From positions 3,843 through 67,842 of the forward strand of contig CAYZNN010000007.1 of the NCBI GenBank assembly GCA_964479665.1: a stretch of 64,000 bases of DNA. The letters are read 5' to 3'. The notes under the pieces are model-generated. The model did no database searches and had not been told where the DNA came from. It saw nothing but the letters and a program-made list of their open reading frames with translations. Origin of the DNA: an uncultured Rikenellaceae bacterium. Lineage in GTDB: Bacteria; Bacteroidota; Bacteroidia; Bacteroidales; Tenuifilaceae. Shown here piece after piece: positions 9,396 to 19,462 of this stretch; position 1 is the stretch's first letter; every line of letters begins with the position of its first letter. The position numbers and the translations under genes were made by a program.

Positions 9396-9602
9396 TGTGG
9401 AAGAAGATTTGGAAGGATTGCTTTGGTGAGGTTGCCTAATTTTTAAGCCAGACTTGTTTTTCGAAATATCATTATACAAGGCCAAGGCTTTAGGTTCGGA
9501 TCTTTCAAGTTTGAAATTATTTTATTAAATCACAGGTTTAAACCTTTTGCCCCCTTTAGCCTCTAAGGTTGAGCAAGTTAAACAACCCTAAAACCTTACC
9601 TT

Positions 9603-12221
9603 ATGCTTACCCACCTCAGAAGAATGGCAGTAGGGCTATTTTGTTCTGCAGCCCTTGTAATTGCATCATATCCCGTTTTTACTCAAAACATTACTACCCC
9701 AAACCAGTTCTTTGGTTTTGAGCCTGGTGCCGACGGCATGCTGTTTGGCTACGAAAAAATGATCGATTATTTGAAGCTACTCGAAAAGCAGTGCAGCAGG
9801 GTTAAACTTTTCAATATTGGAACTTCGGCTTTGGGGCGACCCATATACATGGTTTGCATTTCGGATGAGGAGAACTTGAAAAACCTCGACGAGTTGAAAG
9901 AAATAAACCGAAAGTTAGCCCTTGAACCGAACCTTTCTCAATCTGAACTCAACGATTTGAAGGGCAGAGGAAAAGTTTTCTTTCTCGGAACGTTATCCAT
10001 GCACTCCACTGAGGTGGCACCAGCGCAGGCAGCACCTCTGGTTGCATATAAATTAGCCACCTCGCGAGGATCCGATACGCTTGCATGGCTCAAAAATGTG
10101 GTTTACATGATGGTGCCCAGCCACAACCCCGATGGCATGAACATGGTGAACGAGAACTACATGAAGAACAAGGGCAGCAAGTTCGAAGGCACCAATTTAC
10201 CGGGCGTTTATCATAAGTATGTGGGTCATAATATTAACCGCGATTTTATAACTCTTACTCAGCCCGAAAATAAAGCAGTTTCGAACCTAACTAGTATCGA
10301 ATGGTTTCCACAGGTTATGGTTGAAAAGCATCAGATGGGCTCTACCGGGGCTCGCTACTTTGTGCCACCCAACCACGATCCTATTGCGCAAAATATTGAT
10401 GAAAACCTATGGAGCTGGATTGGCCTTTTTGGAGCCAATATGCTCAACGATATGACTGCCATGGGGCAGAAGGGTATTTCGCAGCGATATATTTTCGACA
10501 ATTATTGGCCAGGATCAACTGAAACATGCCTTTGGAAAAATGTTATAGCATTCCTTACCGAAGGTGCTTCGGTAAAAACTGCTTCCCCCATTTATATCGA
10601 AAAGAATGAACTAAAAGTATGGGGTAAGGGGCTTTCGGAGTACAAAAAGGGGGCTAACTTTATAGCACCCTGGCAGGGTGGCTGGTGGCGCTTGTCCGAT
10701 TTGGTTCAGTACGAGCTGAGCTCTACATTCTCGATTATCCGAACCGCTTCGCTAAACCGCGAAAAAATTCTTCAGCACCGCAACGACATGTGTCGCAGGG
10801 AAGTGGCAAAGGGGCTCAATCAGGCACCATTCTATTTCATCTTCTCTCAGCACCAAACCGATAGGAGCGAACTGGGTCGTTTGGTTTCCCTTTTGCGCGA
10901 GCATGGGGTTGAAGTTAACAGGCTCTCCACAGATCTGTTAGTTGAGAATAGAAAGTTCAGAAAAGGCGACATTGTGGTGCCATTGGCTCAACCTTTCAGG
11001 GCATTTGTAAAGGAAGTGCTGGAGCGTCAGGAATATCCCGAAAGACGATACGTGCCCGGTGGCGAAATTATTAAGCCCTACGATGTTACCAGCTGGTCGC
11101 TGCCGCTGAGCATGGGCCTCAATTGTAGTGAGGTGAATACTCGTTCAATCGAGTTAGAAAATGCCCTTGAACCCATTAATGAATTCAAGGTTTTAGGTAA
11201 TGCACCGGGCAACTCGAAGCACATGGTATTTTGCTCATCGAATAACGAAAGTTTTAGGGTAGCCTTCGTGGTTTTGGCGAAGGAGGGAAGGGTATTCCGA
11301 ACGGGTGAGGTCTCTGAAGTTGAGGGACAGATTTTCAGGGAGGGAAGTTTTGTTATTTCAACTTCATTGGCACAGCAAATAGGTTCACTCAATCTGCAGG
11401 TTGCACCATTCTATACTAATACAATGGATGAGTCGAAATTGAAAGAGATAAAATTGCCTGCCATTGGACTTGTAGAAACATACTTCCACGATATGGATGC
11501 CGGGTGGACCCGATATATTTTCGACACGAATGGTATCCCTTACAGGGTAATTCGTCCGGCCGATTTAGCTAGTTTGAATTTAACTAAAGAATTCAAAATC
11601 ATTGTACTTCCTAGTCAGAATGCCGATTTGTTAACTACTGGCAAGCGCAAACGCGACGACGATTACTACCCTATGAACCTGCCTCCCGAATTTGCACAGG
11701 GAATGGGTAAGAAGGGGAAAAATAATTTGCTCAAATTTATCGATGAAGGGGGGAAGGTAATTTCATGGGGACAGTCCACCGAACTGTTCATGGGGACACT
11801 TGAAATTGAGCTGGACAAGGATAGCAAGGAGGAGTTCACATTGCCCATTCAGAATGTGGCTAAAGGGCTCCAGCGAAACGGATTGGAGATTATTGAGGCT
11901 CATGTTAATGTGAGTGTAAAACCTGGCCCTTTTACGTGGGGCATGCCAAGTTCCATTCCCATTCTTATGGGTGGCAACGCTGTTTTTGAAACTTCAGTGC
12001 CCTATTTCGATACCGATAGGAGAGTTGTGTTGGAGTTCCCAACCGGCGACCCACGCCTGAGTGGCTACGTTAAAAAGGGTGAACTGCTCGAAAATAAGGC
12101 AGCCGTTGTTTGGGTGCGAAAGAATAAGGGCCAACTCATTCTTATGGCTTTCAGTCCGCAATTCAGAGGTAGTACCCCTGTTTCCTATAAGCTGCTTTTT
12201 AATGCTTTAATTGCCGAGTAG
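9603..12221 (+). CDS. Secreted M14-family zinc carboxypeptidase with a long C-terminal extension
   Basis: Signal peptide ...ASYPVFT/QN. M14 motifs SMHSTEVAP (HxxE), VPSHNPDGMN, GHNINRDF, VEKHQMG. 872 aa. Confidence 0.85.
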   Translation: MLTHLRRMAVGLFCSAALVIASYPVFTQNITTPNQFFGFEPGADGMLFGYEKMIDYLKLLEKQCSRVKLFNIGTSALGRPIYMVCISDEENLKNLDELKEINRKLALEPNLSQSELNDLKGRGKVFFLGTLSMHSTEVAPAQAAPLVAYKLATSRGSDTLAWLKNVVYMMVPSHNPDGMNMVNENYMKNKGSKFEGTNLPGVYHKYVGHNINRDFITLTQPENKAVSNLTSIEWFPQVMVEKHQMGSTGARYFVPPNHDPIAQNIDENLWSWIGLFGANMLNDMTAMGQKGISQRYIFDNYWPGSTETCLWKNVIAFLTEGASVKTASPIYIEKNELKVWGKGLSEYKKGANFIAPWQGGWWRLSDLVQYELSSTFSIIRTASLNREKILQHRNDMCRREVAKGLNQAPFYFIFSQHQTDRSELGRLVSLLREHGVEVNRLSTDLLVENRKFRKGDIVVPLAQPFRAFVKEVLERQEYPERRYVPGGEIIKPYDVTSWSLPLSMGLNCSEVNTRSIELENALEPINEFKVLGNAPGNSKHMVFCSSNNESFRVAFVVLAKEGRVFRTGEVSEVEGQIFREGSFVISTSLAQQIGSLNLQVAPFYTNTMDESKLKEIKLPAIGLVETYFHDMDAGWTRYIFDTNGIPYRVIRPADLASLNLTKEFKIIVLPSQNADLLTTGKRKRDDDYYPMNLPPEFAQGMGKKGKNNLLKFIDEGGKVISWGQSTELFMGTLEIELDKDSKEEFTLPIQNVAKGLQRNGLEIIEAHVNVSVKPGPFTWGMPSSIPILMGGNAVFETSVPYFDTDRRVVLEFPTGDPRLSGYVKKGELLENKAAVVWVRKNKGQLILMAFSPQFRGSTPVSYKLLFNALIAE

Positions 12222-12226
12222 TTTCT

Positions 12227-12871
12227 CTAGGGCGCGAGCCTTTCGGCAATCCACTGATTGTTATTGAACGTATACTGAATGCGGTCGTGAAGCCGGTTTA
12301 GCCTGCCCTGCCAAAACTCGAACAGGGTTGGAACAAGCCTGTAGCCACCCCAATTGGGTGGGCGCTTTACGGTTCTTCCGTTAAACTCCTCCCTGAAGTC
12401 GGCTTGGAGCTGCTCAAGGTATCGCCTGTTTGGTATTACCTGGCTTTGGGGCGAAGCCCATGCGCCAATTTTACTCCCTTCGGGGCGTGTTCGGAAGTAC
12501 TGGTCCGATTCGCTATCGGTCGATTTTACAATCTTCCCCTCAATACGAACCTGACGTTCCAATTCGGGCCAAAAGAATACGGCTGCGCCGTAAGGGTTTT
12601 GGAGTATTTGCTTCGATTTGCGGCTGTTGTAGTTGGTGAAAAAGGCAAAGCCCTTTTCGTCGTAAATTTTCAGTAGCACCACCCTAGCCGATGGTTTCCC
12701 TTCGAAGGTGCTGGTTGCTAATGTCATTGCGTTGGGGTCGTTACATTTTGCTTCCATGGCTTCGCGAAACCAAAGGTCGAACTGCATGAAAGGGTTGGGA
12801 CTAATGTCCGTTTCGTTGAGCTGCCTCTGATGATAATCGCTACGAATTTCCGAAAGTTTCTTTCTGCCCAT
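12227..12871 (-). CDS. pdxH: Pyridoxamine 5'-phosphate oxidase
   Basis: ARVVLLK, FFTNYNSRK, RIEGKIVK...YFRTRPEGSKIGAWASPQS, WGGYRLVPTLFEFWQGRLNRLHDR. Confidence 0.92.
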   Translation of the reverse strand: MGRKKLSEIRSDYHQRQLNETDISPNPFMQFDLWFREAMEAKCNDPNAMTLATSTFEGKPSARVVLLKIYDEKGFAFFTNYNSRKSKQILQNPYGAAVFFWPELERQVRIEGKIVKSTDSESDQYFRTRPEGSKIGAWASPQSQVIPNRRYLEQLQADFREEFNGRTVKRPPNWGGYRLVPTLFEFWQGRLNRLHDRIQYTFNNNQWIAERLAP

Positions 12872-13820
12872 TGCTATTATTCGTGTTTATACCAAAAACC
12901 TGTGTTCCAGCGCTCGATATGCTAGCATTCAGTTCGAAGCCAACAATAAAACCAATAGCATTAAAATACATCCATGCCATTAGGGCCAGCAAGCTTCCGA
13001 TTGAACCATAAAGGGTGTTGTACTGGCCAAAATTGTTGACAAAATAAGAGAACCCTAACGAGGTAACCATTATTAAAAGCGTTGCCATAATCGACCCCAA
13101 CGAAATGAACCTGAATTTGGTACGTTTGGCAGGAGCCATAAAATAAAGCAATGAAATTGAGAAAAAAATGAGCGCAATGGTTACCAACCATTTGCTATAA
13201 ACAATTAGATAGTAGGTAAAGTTCATTTGCAACCACCCTTTTGTAACCAAATAGTTTAAGCCCATTTGCCCAAAGAAAATTAGAGCTACAGCAACCACAA
13301 AAAGTAACGGGAGGACTATTGTTAGAAGTAGGGCAACTAAATGCTGGTTGAAGAAACTCCGGGTTTCAATGGTATGGTAAGTGGCATTGAACGCATCGAT
13401 TAGCGAACTGATGCCATTATGGGAAAAGAAAAGGGCAGCCACGAAACCAAAAGAAAGAAGCCCCCCACTTTTACGTGTTACCACGTCAATCAAAGTTTCT
13501 TCCATCATGGAAAAAGCGTTAGATGGAATAATCCCTTTAATAAGTCCTAGCAATTCGGTTTGGAAATTTTCAATTGGAATAAATGGAATAAGTGTAAATA
13601 CGAAAATGATGGTTGGGAAAATAGCCACAAAGAAACTGAAAGCCACTGCTGAAGCTCTGGTAGTGATACTTCCCTGGATAATTCCTTTTAAAAAGAAACT
13701 AATAACGTAGTAAACAGGAACTCCATTGAACCCAATAATGGAAACGCATTTGGCATGGCGAATGGCAAGCCTCCAGCGAACTATTAGGTAATGAAAAAGT
13801 TTTGACGTCGACTTTGACAT
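12840..13820 (-). CDS. YihY/BrkB (ribonuclease BN-like) family membrane protein
   Basis: ASAVAFSFFVAIFP, six hydrophobic helices, and YGSIGSLLALMAWMYF. The start is taken at MSKSTSK (13820) to avoid overlap with nadC. The 3' end overlaps pdxH by 32 nt. Confidence 0.8.
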   Translation of the reverse strand: MSKSTSKLFHYLIVRWRLAIRHAKCVSIIGFNGVPVYYVISFFLKGIIQGSITTRASAVAFSFFVAIFPTIIFVFTLIPFIPIENFQTELLGLIKGIIPSNAFSMMEETLIDVVTRKSGGLLSFGFVAALFFSHNGISSLIDAFNATYHTIETRSFFNQHLVALLLTIVLPLLFVVAVALIFFGQMGLNYLVTKGWLQMNFTYYLIVYSKWLVTIALIFFSISLLYFMAPAKRTKFRFISLGSIMATLLIMVTSLGFSYFVNNFGQYNTLYGSIGSLLALMAWMYFNAIGFIVGFELNASISSAGTQVFGINTNNSNGQKETFGNS

Positions 13821-13831
13821 TTGCTTAGGAA

Positions 13832-14680
13832 CTATCGAACTTTTTTCAAGTTCATATCGAGGCAAGGAACCTGATGGGTTAGGGCACCAACTGAAATGAA
13901 ATCGACCCCAGCTTCGGCATAGGCCCTGATGGTGGCCATATTTATTCCCCCCGACGATTCTACTTCCACCTTTCCGCCAATGAGTGCAACGGCCCGTTGG
14001 GTTTCGGCAACCGAAAAATTATCGAGCATAATGCGCTTCAACCCACCCTCGTTCAGCGCCTCCTTAACCTCTTCGAGGTTTCGAACTTCAACTTCTATAT
14101 CAAGTTTTTTCCCTGTTTCGGCAAGGTAATTTTTAGCTTTCCGGATTGCGTTGGCAACCCCCCCCGCAAAATCAACATGGTTGTCCTTAAGCATAATCAT
14201 GTCGTAAAGCCCCATGCGGTGGTTTGTTCCACCCCCAAGCCTAACAGCCATTTTGTCGAACACTCGCATACCGGGATTGGTTTTGCGTGTGTCGAGCACT
14301 TTGGCTCCGGTGCCCTTGGTCAATTCGACGTACTTATGGGTTTGTGTGGCAATTCCACTCATGCGCTGCATAATGTTTAGCACAATGCGTTCGGCTTTGA
14401 GAAGCGAATGCACACGGCCCAGGGCTCGAAAAACCTTATCGCCCCATTTAACACTTTTACCATCGGCAACAAGGGGGATAAATAGAATATCTGTATCGAT
14501 AGAATGGTAAACCATTTGCGCAATTTCAATCCCTGCAATAATGCCATCGGCTTTTAGCATGAGTTCAACCTCACCTTGTGCATTGGCAGGAATACTCGAA
14601 AGCGATGAGTGGTCGCCATCGCCTATATCCTCAAGTATGGCCAGTTCAATGAGCCTTTCAATAGCCTTTAGTTGATTCAT
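13832..14680 (-). CDS. nadC: Nicotinate-nucleotide pyrophosphorylase (carboxylating)
   Basis: LEDIGDGDHSS, ERIVLNIMQRMSGIAT, LDTRKTNPGMR, GGGTNHRMGLYDMIMLKDNH, MLDNF, VESSGGI. Confidence 0.93.
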   Translation of the reverse strand: MNQLKAIERLIELAILEDIGDGDHSSLSSIPANAQGEVELMLKADGIIAGIEIAQMVYHSIDTDILFIPLVADGKSVKWGDKVFRALGRVHSLLKAERIVLNIMQRMSGIATQTHKYVELTKGTGAKVLDTRKTNPGMRVFDKMAVRLGGGTNHRMGLYDMIMLKDNHVDFAGGVANAIRKAKNYLAETGKKLDIEVEVRNLEEVKEALNEGGLKRIMLDNFSVAETQRAVALIGGKVEVESSGGINMATIRAYAEAGVDFISVGALTHQVPCLDMNLKKVR

Positions 14681-14698
14681 GTTGAGGGGAAAGAAAGG

Positions 14699-15115
14699 TT
14701 AAGGGGCGGTTTCCTCATTCCGTTCGAGGCGCAGTTGGTGTATAAGGGTTTTGTTGTTATCGGTTTTCATGAAAATGGAAATGCGGAAGTTCCCATTTGC
14801 CGATGCTAGGTTGCCAATGGCAAAACTTGTTGCAGACTTCGAACCTTGGTGGTTAATTCTGAAAGATGTTGGCTTGTTCTTGGTGAAAAAATCTTTCATA
14901 ATAAGTTCGGCCTGAGCCTTGCTGTACATGTTCTCTTCGCCCAGCAAATCCAACTCAATATTAGAATTGAAGTGCTTAGCTAATTCGCTTGCGCTTCCGC
15001 TTTTAAATGCTTCGGTTATTTTTGTTACAACGTCATTGTCGCTAAAAAACGAGAGAATGCCTATGGGCATTACGAAGCATAGAATAATTACGGTGGATTT
15101 GAATAGATTTTTCAT
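14699..15115 (-). CDS. DUF4783-like exported protein
   Basis: MKNLFKSTVIILCF signal sequence, then ITEAFKSGSASELAKHFNSNIELDLLGEE...SKAQAELIMKDFF, as I remember for the DUF4783 family. Confidence 0.6.
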   Translation of the reverse strand: MKNLFKSTVIILCFVMPIGILSFFSDNDVVTKITEAFKSGSASELAKHFNSNIELDLLGEENMYSKAQAELIMKDFFTKNKPTSFRINHQGSKSATSFAIGNLASANGNFRISIFMKTDNNKTLIHQLRLERNEETAP

Positions 15116-15267
15116 TACATGCGTTTTTTGTGAAAAGAGAGAAAAAAACATCAAAGTTCGGGCCAAAAAAGGGATTAAGCGAACTTCTGAGATAAATAAA
15201 ATGTAAATTTAGCCCAATAAAAGCAAAATGAAAATTTTTAAAGAGTTTTTTAAGCATTTGTGAAACC

Positions 15268-15738
15268 ATGAGATTGACCATATTTTTTGTTGGGAAAACC
15301 GATTCTGCTTTTTCGCATATGGTAACCGATTATTTTAAGAGGGTTAGTCGATACATTACGACTGAAGTGAAAATTATTCCAGAGCTTAAAAATGCTAAGT
15401 CGTTAACACCCAGTTTGCAATGTGAGAAGGAGGGGGAACAATTGCTTAAGGCCATGCCAAGCCTTGCCGAAGTTTACCTCCTCGACGAGAATGGAAAGCA
15501 AATGGCTTCAGTAGAATTGGCGCATTGGTTCGAAAAAAGAATGCTTATGGGTTTAAAAGAGCTAGTATTGGTTGTTGGTGGTCCATATGGCTTTTCGGCC
15601 TCGGTAAGGTCGAGGGCAACCGGTTCTTTATCGCTTTCGCAATTAACATTTTCGCACCAAATGGTGAGGGTAATTTTGCTAGAGCAAGTTTACAGAGCTT
15701 TCACAATTATAAAAGGGGAGCCCTACCACCATGCTTGA
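15268..15738 (+). CDS. rlmH: 23S rRNA (pseudouridine1915-N3)-methyltransferase
   Basis: 156 aa SPOUT-type protein with LLDENGKQMASVELA, LVLVVGGPYGFS, LSLSQLTFSHQMVRVILLEQVYRA and GEPYH. Confidence 0.92.
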   Translation: MRLTIFFVGKTDSAFSHMVTDYFKRVSRYITTEVKIIPELKNAKSLTPSLQCEKEGEQLLKAMPSLAEVYLLDENGKQMASVELAHWFEKRMLMGLKELVLVVGGPYGFSASVRSRATGSLSLSQLTFSHQMVRVILLEQVYRAFTIIKGEPYHHA

Positions 15739-15765
15739 GTTTTTAGGCTTAGTTTTTGATACAAG

Positions 15766-18700
15766 TTGGCTTCATATTTTCGAAAAGTGAAAAAAATAAA
15801 TGTTGCCCTAATTATTGTTTCCCTTGGCGTAGCTATTTTTGGATTGGCCATACTGCCTACGGTTCCTTATTTGGTTAGCAACCAATTGGCCTCCCCGCCC
15901 AATTTGGCCGAAGCTGAGAATGTTATTCTATACCGAAGCAACAAGGCTTTAAATATTTCGAAGGATTTAGTTTACCTGTTTGAAAAGGGTGGAAGCAATG
16001 AAATGTTCGCTTCTCTAACGGGAAAAAGGGGAAAGGAGCTGACTACCCATGGCATTAATCTTTATCTTTTTAAAGGCGATAGCCTCGTATTTTGGACAGA
16101 TAATAATTATGTTTCAAGTATTGAGCGAAGTGTAAAAGCAACCCTGGTTTTCTTAAACAATGCATGGAGCATAGCACTTTGGGTCGATTTTAACCAGCTC
16201 GATGTGCTTGCCCTTATAAAAGTAAAAGACCAGTATCCCATTCAGAATAAATTTTTAAAAAACCATTTTCACCAGTCGCTCTCGTTTCTGAACGATTTCA
16301 ATTTGGTACCCTACTTCACCGAAGGAGCTTTTCCCCTACGGGTTTTTGGCGGATCTCCGTTGATGTACTTTGCCCACAACTCGAAGGATTTTGAAAACGA
16401 ATGCAAAATTTACAGGGCCTACATTTCTTGGGCTATTTACCTGTCGCTATTGGTTTTTGTTTACATACTATTTTGGGCCAAGTTTTTTACTCGAAGGGGC
16501 CTTTTAAGTTCTTTCACCTTATTTCTAATTCTTATGGGGTCAAGGGCAGCGTTACTTTATTGGCAGGTGCTTCCTGGTTTGCCTTTGTTTCTGTTCAGTG
16601 CCGAGATATATGCTCACTCATGGCTTTACCCTTCGCTTGGCGATTTTATGGTGAATGCAATTCTAGTTTTCTTGGTAGTGCTTTATGCATACAATAATGT
16701 GTCGGTTGTGCTTGCTAAAATGAAGCAAACAATGGAATGGATTGCAGCCCTTCTGCTGGGGTCGGTTGTTCTGTTAACGCTTTTATATACCGACAATCTC
16801 TTTGAATCGTTGATTCTGAATTCTACCGTAAACTTAGAAACGCATAGGATATTTAACCTGTCTATATACAGTTTAGTTGAGTATCTTTCCATATCTCTGT
16901 GGTTTGCATCGGCTATTATGCTTGTTCATGGGGTGGTAAAGCTGCTTTGGCGACAGAATTCTAAGGTTGTTATTGTTTCTTTTCTAACGGCCCTTTTGCT
17001 AATTGTAGGGCTTAGGTTTTTAATATTCAATGAGTTTTCATCATACGGATTGGCATTCGTATTGGCGGTTGTTGCTGTGGTAGGGTTTTACTCATGGCGT
17101 ATGCGCCGAATGTCGCATAGGGTATTCATACTGCTCATTGGTTTTTTCTCTATTTATTCAGTTCTAACTGTATCGCAAAATGCCGAGCAGAAAGATAAGG
17201 CAATTCGTAAGGTAATGGCCGTAAATCTGGGCAATGAGCGCGACCCAATTGCCGAAGTGATGTTTCCCAGTTTAGCCCGCAAACTGCAGTTCGACAAGGA
17301 AATTTTAAGGGCTCTCGACGACTTTTCTGCATCTTTACCATTTCTATACAGTTACTTATCCGATAATTACTTGAATGGTTACTTCAAAAAGTACGATTTT
17401 CAAATAACCGCCTGTATGCCCTCATCGCAACTTTCAATTGAAAAGAGCAGCGAATTGGTTGGTTGTTACTCGTTTTTCGAGGAGATGCTAAATGAATTTG
17501 GGTTTAGAATACCCGGTTCGAATTTTTATCACCTTAACAACCAGAACGGTCGAATAAGTTACCTTGGAATTCTGGAATACACACTCGACGATGGTGAGGA
17601 AACCACTCTCTACCTCGAACTCGATACGAAGCTAAGCAGAGAATTACTTGGGTATCCCGAACTGCTGCTCGAGAATAAGAGTAGCGCAAAAGAAAATTTT
17701 AGAGATTACTCAACGGCAAAGTACAGTGGGGGTCATCTGATAGCCCGCACAGGCAGCTTTAATTATCCAATACGAAGCGTTTTCCCTTCCGATAGCCTAA
17801 GCAGATATTCCGCTTTTAACGATGGAGGGTACAATCATTTGGTTTACCGGTCCGAGGGCGATATAACCCTTGTGGTTAGTAGGCCCAACGTAAGCCTATT
17901 CAATATTACTGCTTCGTTTGCTTGGATGTTCCTTTTCTTTTATTTAACCCTTTTTGCATGGCTTCGATTGGCACGTTTCCCAATAAGGGCCAAATTATCG
18001 TCGTCGAATTTTAGCAACCGAATCCGCAAAACCATGGTGCTTGTTCTGCTTTTGTCCATGGTGCTTGTGGGGTTGGTTACTATAGCCTACAATATCCAAA
18101 GTTTCGAAAAGAAGAGCCGCGAAAATTTAACGGAAAAATTGCTTTCGGCAATGGTAGATGTAGAGAAGAATTTGGTGGCTGAAAATTGGTTGTCGGCTGA
18201 ATACACCGATTACCTTACCTACTATATGATTTACCTTTCGAATATATTTTATTCAGATATAAATTTGTTCGATGAGGAAGGAAACCTATTGGCATCATCG
18301 CGGCCCGAAATTATTGAGCGAAAACTATTGGGCCCTCGAATCGACCCTGTAGCATGGTATGAACTGGTATATAAGCACCAGTCGCGGCTGGTTCAAACCG
18401 AAAAGATTGGAAATATGAACTATATATCGGCGTATGTGCCTCTTTCCAATGCTGGTGGTCAGGTTGTAGGCTATTTGAATTTACCCTACTTTACTCGTCA
18501 GAATGAGTTTATTCGCGAGGTTTTTTCTGTTCTTGTGGCGCTTATTAACATTTATGCGCTTCTTATCCTGCTTACTCTTTTTGTAGCTATTATAATAAGC
18601 AATCAAATAACTCGTCCGCTCGAGTTTATTCGTAGTAAGTTGCGCAAAATTGACATTGGGAAACATAACGAGCCCATTATGTACAGTTCGAACGACGAGG

Positions 18701-19452
18701 TTGGGCTACTGGTTAAAGAGTATAACCGAATGGTCGCGGAATTGGCCGAAAGTGCTGAGAAACTGGCACAAAGTCAGCGCCAGAGCGCATGGCGCGAAAT
18801 GGCCAAGCAGATTGCGCACGAAATAAAAAATCCGCTAACTCCCATGAAGCTGAGCATTCAGCACCTAATAAAAGCAAAAAAGGAGAATCAACCCAACTGG
18901 GAGCAACTGTTCGATAAGTTCTCGGGGTCGCTCATTCAGCAAATAAACACCCTAAGCAACATTGCTACCGAGTTTTCGGATTTTGCTAAGATGCCCGTTT
19001 CGAAACCCGAACCAATTGCCATTCAGTTGCTTGTTGACGAGTCGGTAAGCCTTTTCTCGAGTTATCGAAATGTGGAAATTGTTTTCACGTGTACGGTGAC
19101 CGATGGGGTTAAGGTCTTTGTCGACAAGGAGCAGCTGCAGCGGGTCTTTGTAAACCTTCTGAAAAATGCCATTCAGGCAATTCCAAAAGGACAGAAAGGT
19201 CTAATTGAGGTTTGCGCTCAGGAAACCAAGGATAAAATTGTAGTAAAAATTTCCGACAACGGTATGGGTATCGACGAGGAAGCCAAGCGCCGAATATTTA
19301 GCCCCAACTTTACAACAAAGTCGGGAGGCATGGGGTTGGGCCTAGCCATGTCGCGCGAAATTGTAGAAACCAACGGCGGAAAAATTTGGTTCGAATCGCA
19401 GCAAAATGTTGGCACTTCGTTTTTTGTGGAGTTGCCAGTGATAATATTATAA
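15766..19452 (+). CDS. Large NtrY-like sensor histidine kinase with a polytopic N-terminal membrane domain
   Basis: About 10 or more TM helices. HAMP region ITRPLEFIRSKL...NDEVGLLVKEYNRM, NtrY-type H-box AWREMAKQIAHEIKNPLTPM, N-box LKNAIQA, G-boxes DNGMGI and GGMGLGL. The start is uncertain (TTG in the ORF track). Confidence 0.85.
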   Translation: MASYFRKVKKINVALIIVSLGVAIFGLAILPTVPYLVSNQLASPPNLAEAENVILYRSNKALNISKDLVYLFEKGGSNEMFASLTGKRGKELTTHGINLYLFKGDSLVFWTDNNYVSSIERSVKATLVFLNNAWSIALWVDFNQLDVLALIKVKDQYPIQNKFLKNHFHQSLSFLNDFNLVPYFTEGAFPLRVFGGSPLMYFAHNSKDFENECKIYRAYISWAIYLSLLVFVYILFWAKFFTRRGLLSSFTLFLILMGSRAALLYWQVLPGLPLFLFSAEIYAHSWLYPSLGDFMVNAILVFLVVLYAYNNVSVVLAKMKQTMEWIAALLLGSVVLLTLLYTDNLFESLILNSTVNLETHRIFNLSIYSLVEYLSISLWFASAIMLVHGVVKLLWRQNSKVVIVSFLTALLLIVGLRFLIFNEFSSYGLAFVLAVVAVVGFYSWRMRRMSHRVFILLIGFFSIYSVLTVSQNAEQKDKAIRKVMAVNLGNERDPIAEVMFPSLARKLQFDKEILRALDDFSASLPFLYSYLSDNYLNGYFKKYDFQITACMPSSQLSIEKSSELVGCYSFFEEMLNEFGFRIPGSNFYHLNNQNGRISYLGILEYTLDDGEETTLYLELDTKLSRELLGYPELLLENKSSAKENFRDYSTAKYSGGHLIARTGSFNYPIRSVFPSDSLSRYSAFNDGGYNHLVYRSEGDITLVVSRPNVSLFNITASFAWMFLFFYLTLFAWLRLARFPIRAKLSSSNFSNRIRKTMVLVLLLSMVLVGLVTIAYNIQSFEKKSRENLTEKLLSAMVDVEKNLVAENWLSAEYTDYLTYYMIYLSNIFYSDINLFDEEGNLLASSRPEIIERKLLGPRIDPVAWYELVYKHQSRLVQTEKIGNMNYISAYVPLSNAGGQVVGYLNLPYFTRQNEFIREVFSVLVALINIYALLILLTLFVAIIISNQITRPLEFIRSKLRKIDIGKHNEPIMYSSNDEVGLLVKEYNRMVAELAESAEKLAQSQRQSAWREMAKQIAHEIKNPLTPMKLSIQHLIKAKKENQPNWEQLFDKFSGSLIQQINTLSNIATEFSDFAKMPVSKPEPIAIQLLVDESVSLFSSYRNVEIVFTCTVTDGVKVFVDKEQLQRVFVNLLKNAIQAIPKGQKGLIEVCAQETKDKIVVKISDNGMGIDEEAKRRIFSPNFTTKSGGMGLGLAMSREIVETNGGKIWFESQQNVGTSFFVELPVIIL

Positions 19453-19462
19453 AATTATCTCC

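Noticed and set aside
12840-12871. 32-nt overlap between the yihY-like and pdxH genes as a possible mis-annotation or frameshift
   Set aside because: Both proteins look complete at the overlapping ends (the conserved pdxH N-terminus and a low-complexity YihY tail). Short same-strand overlaps are ordinary.
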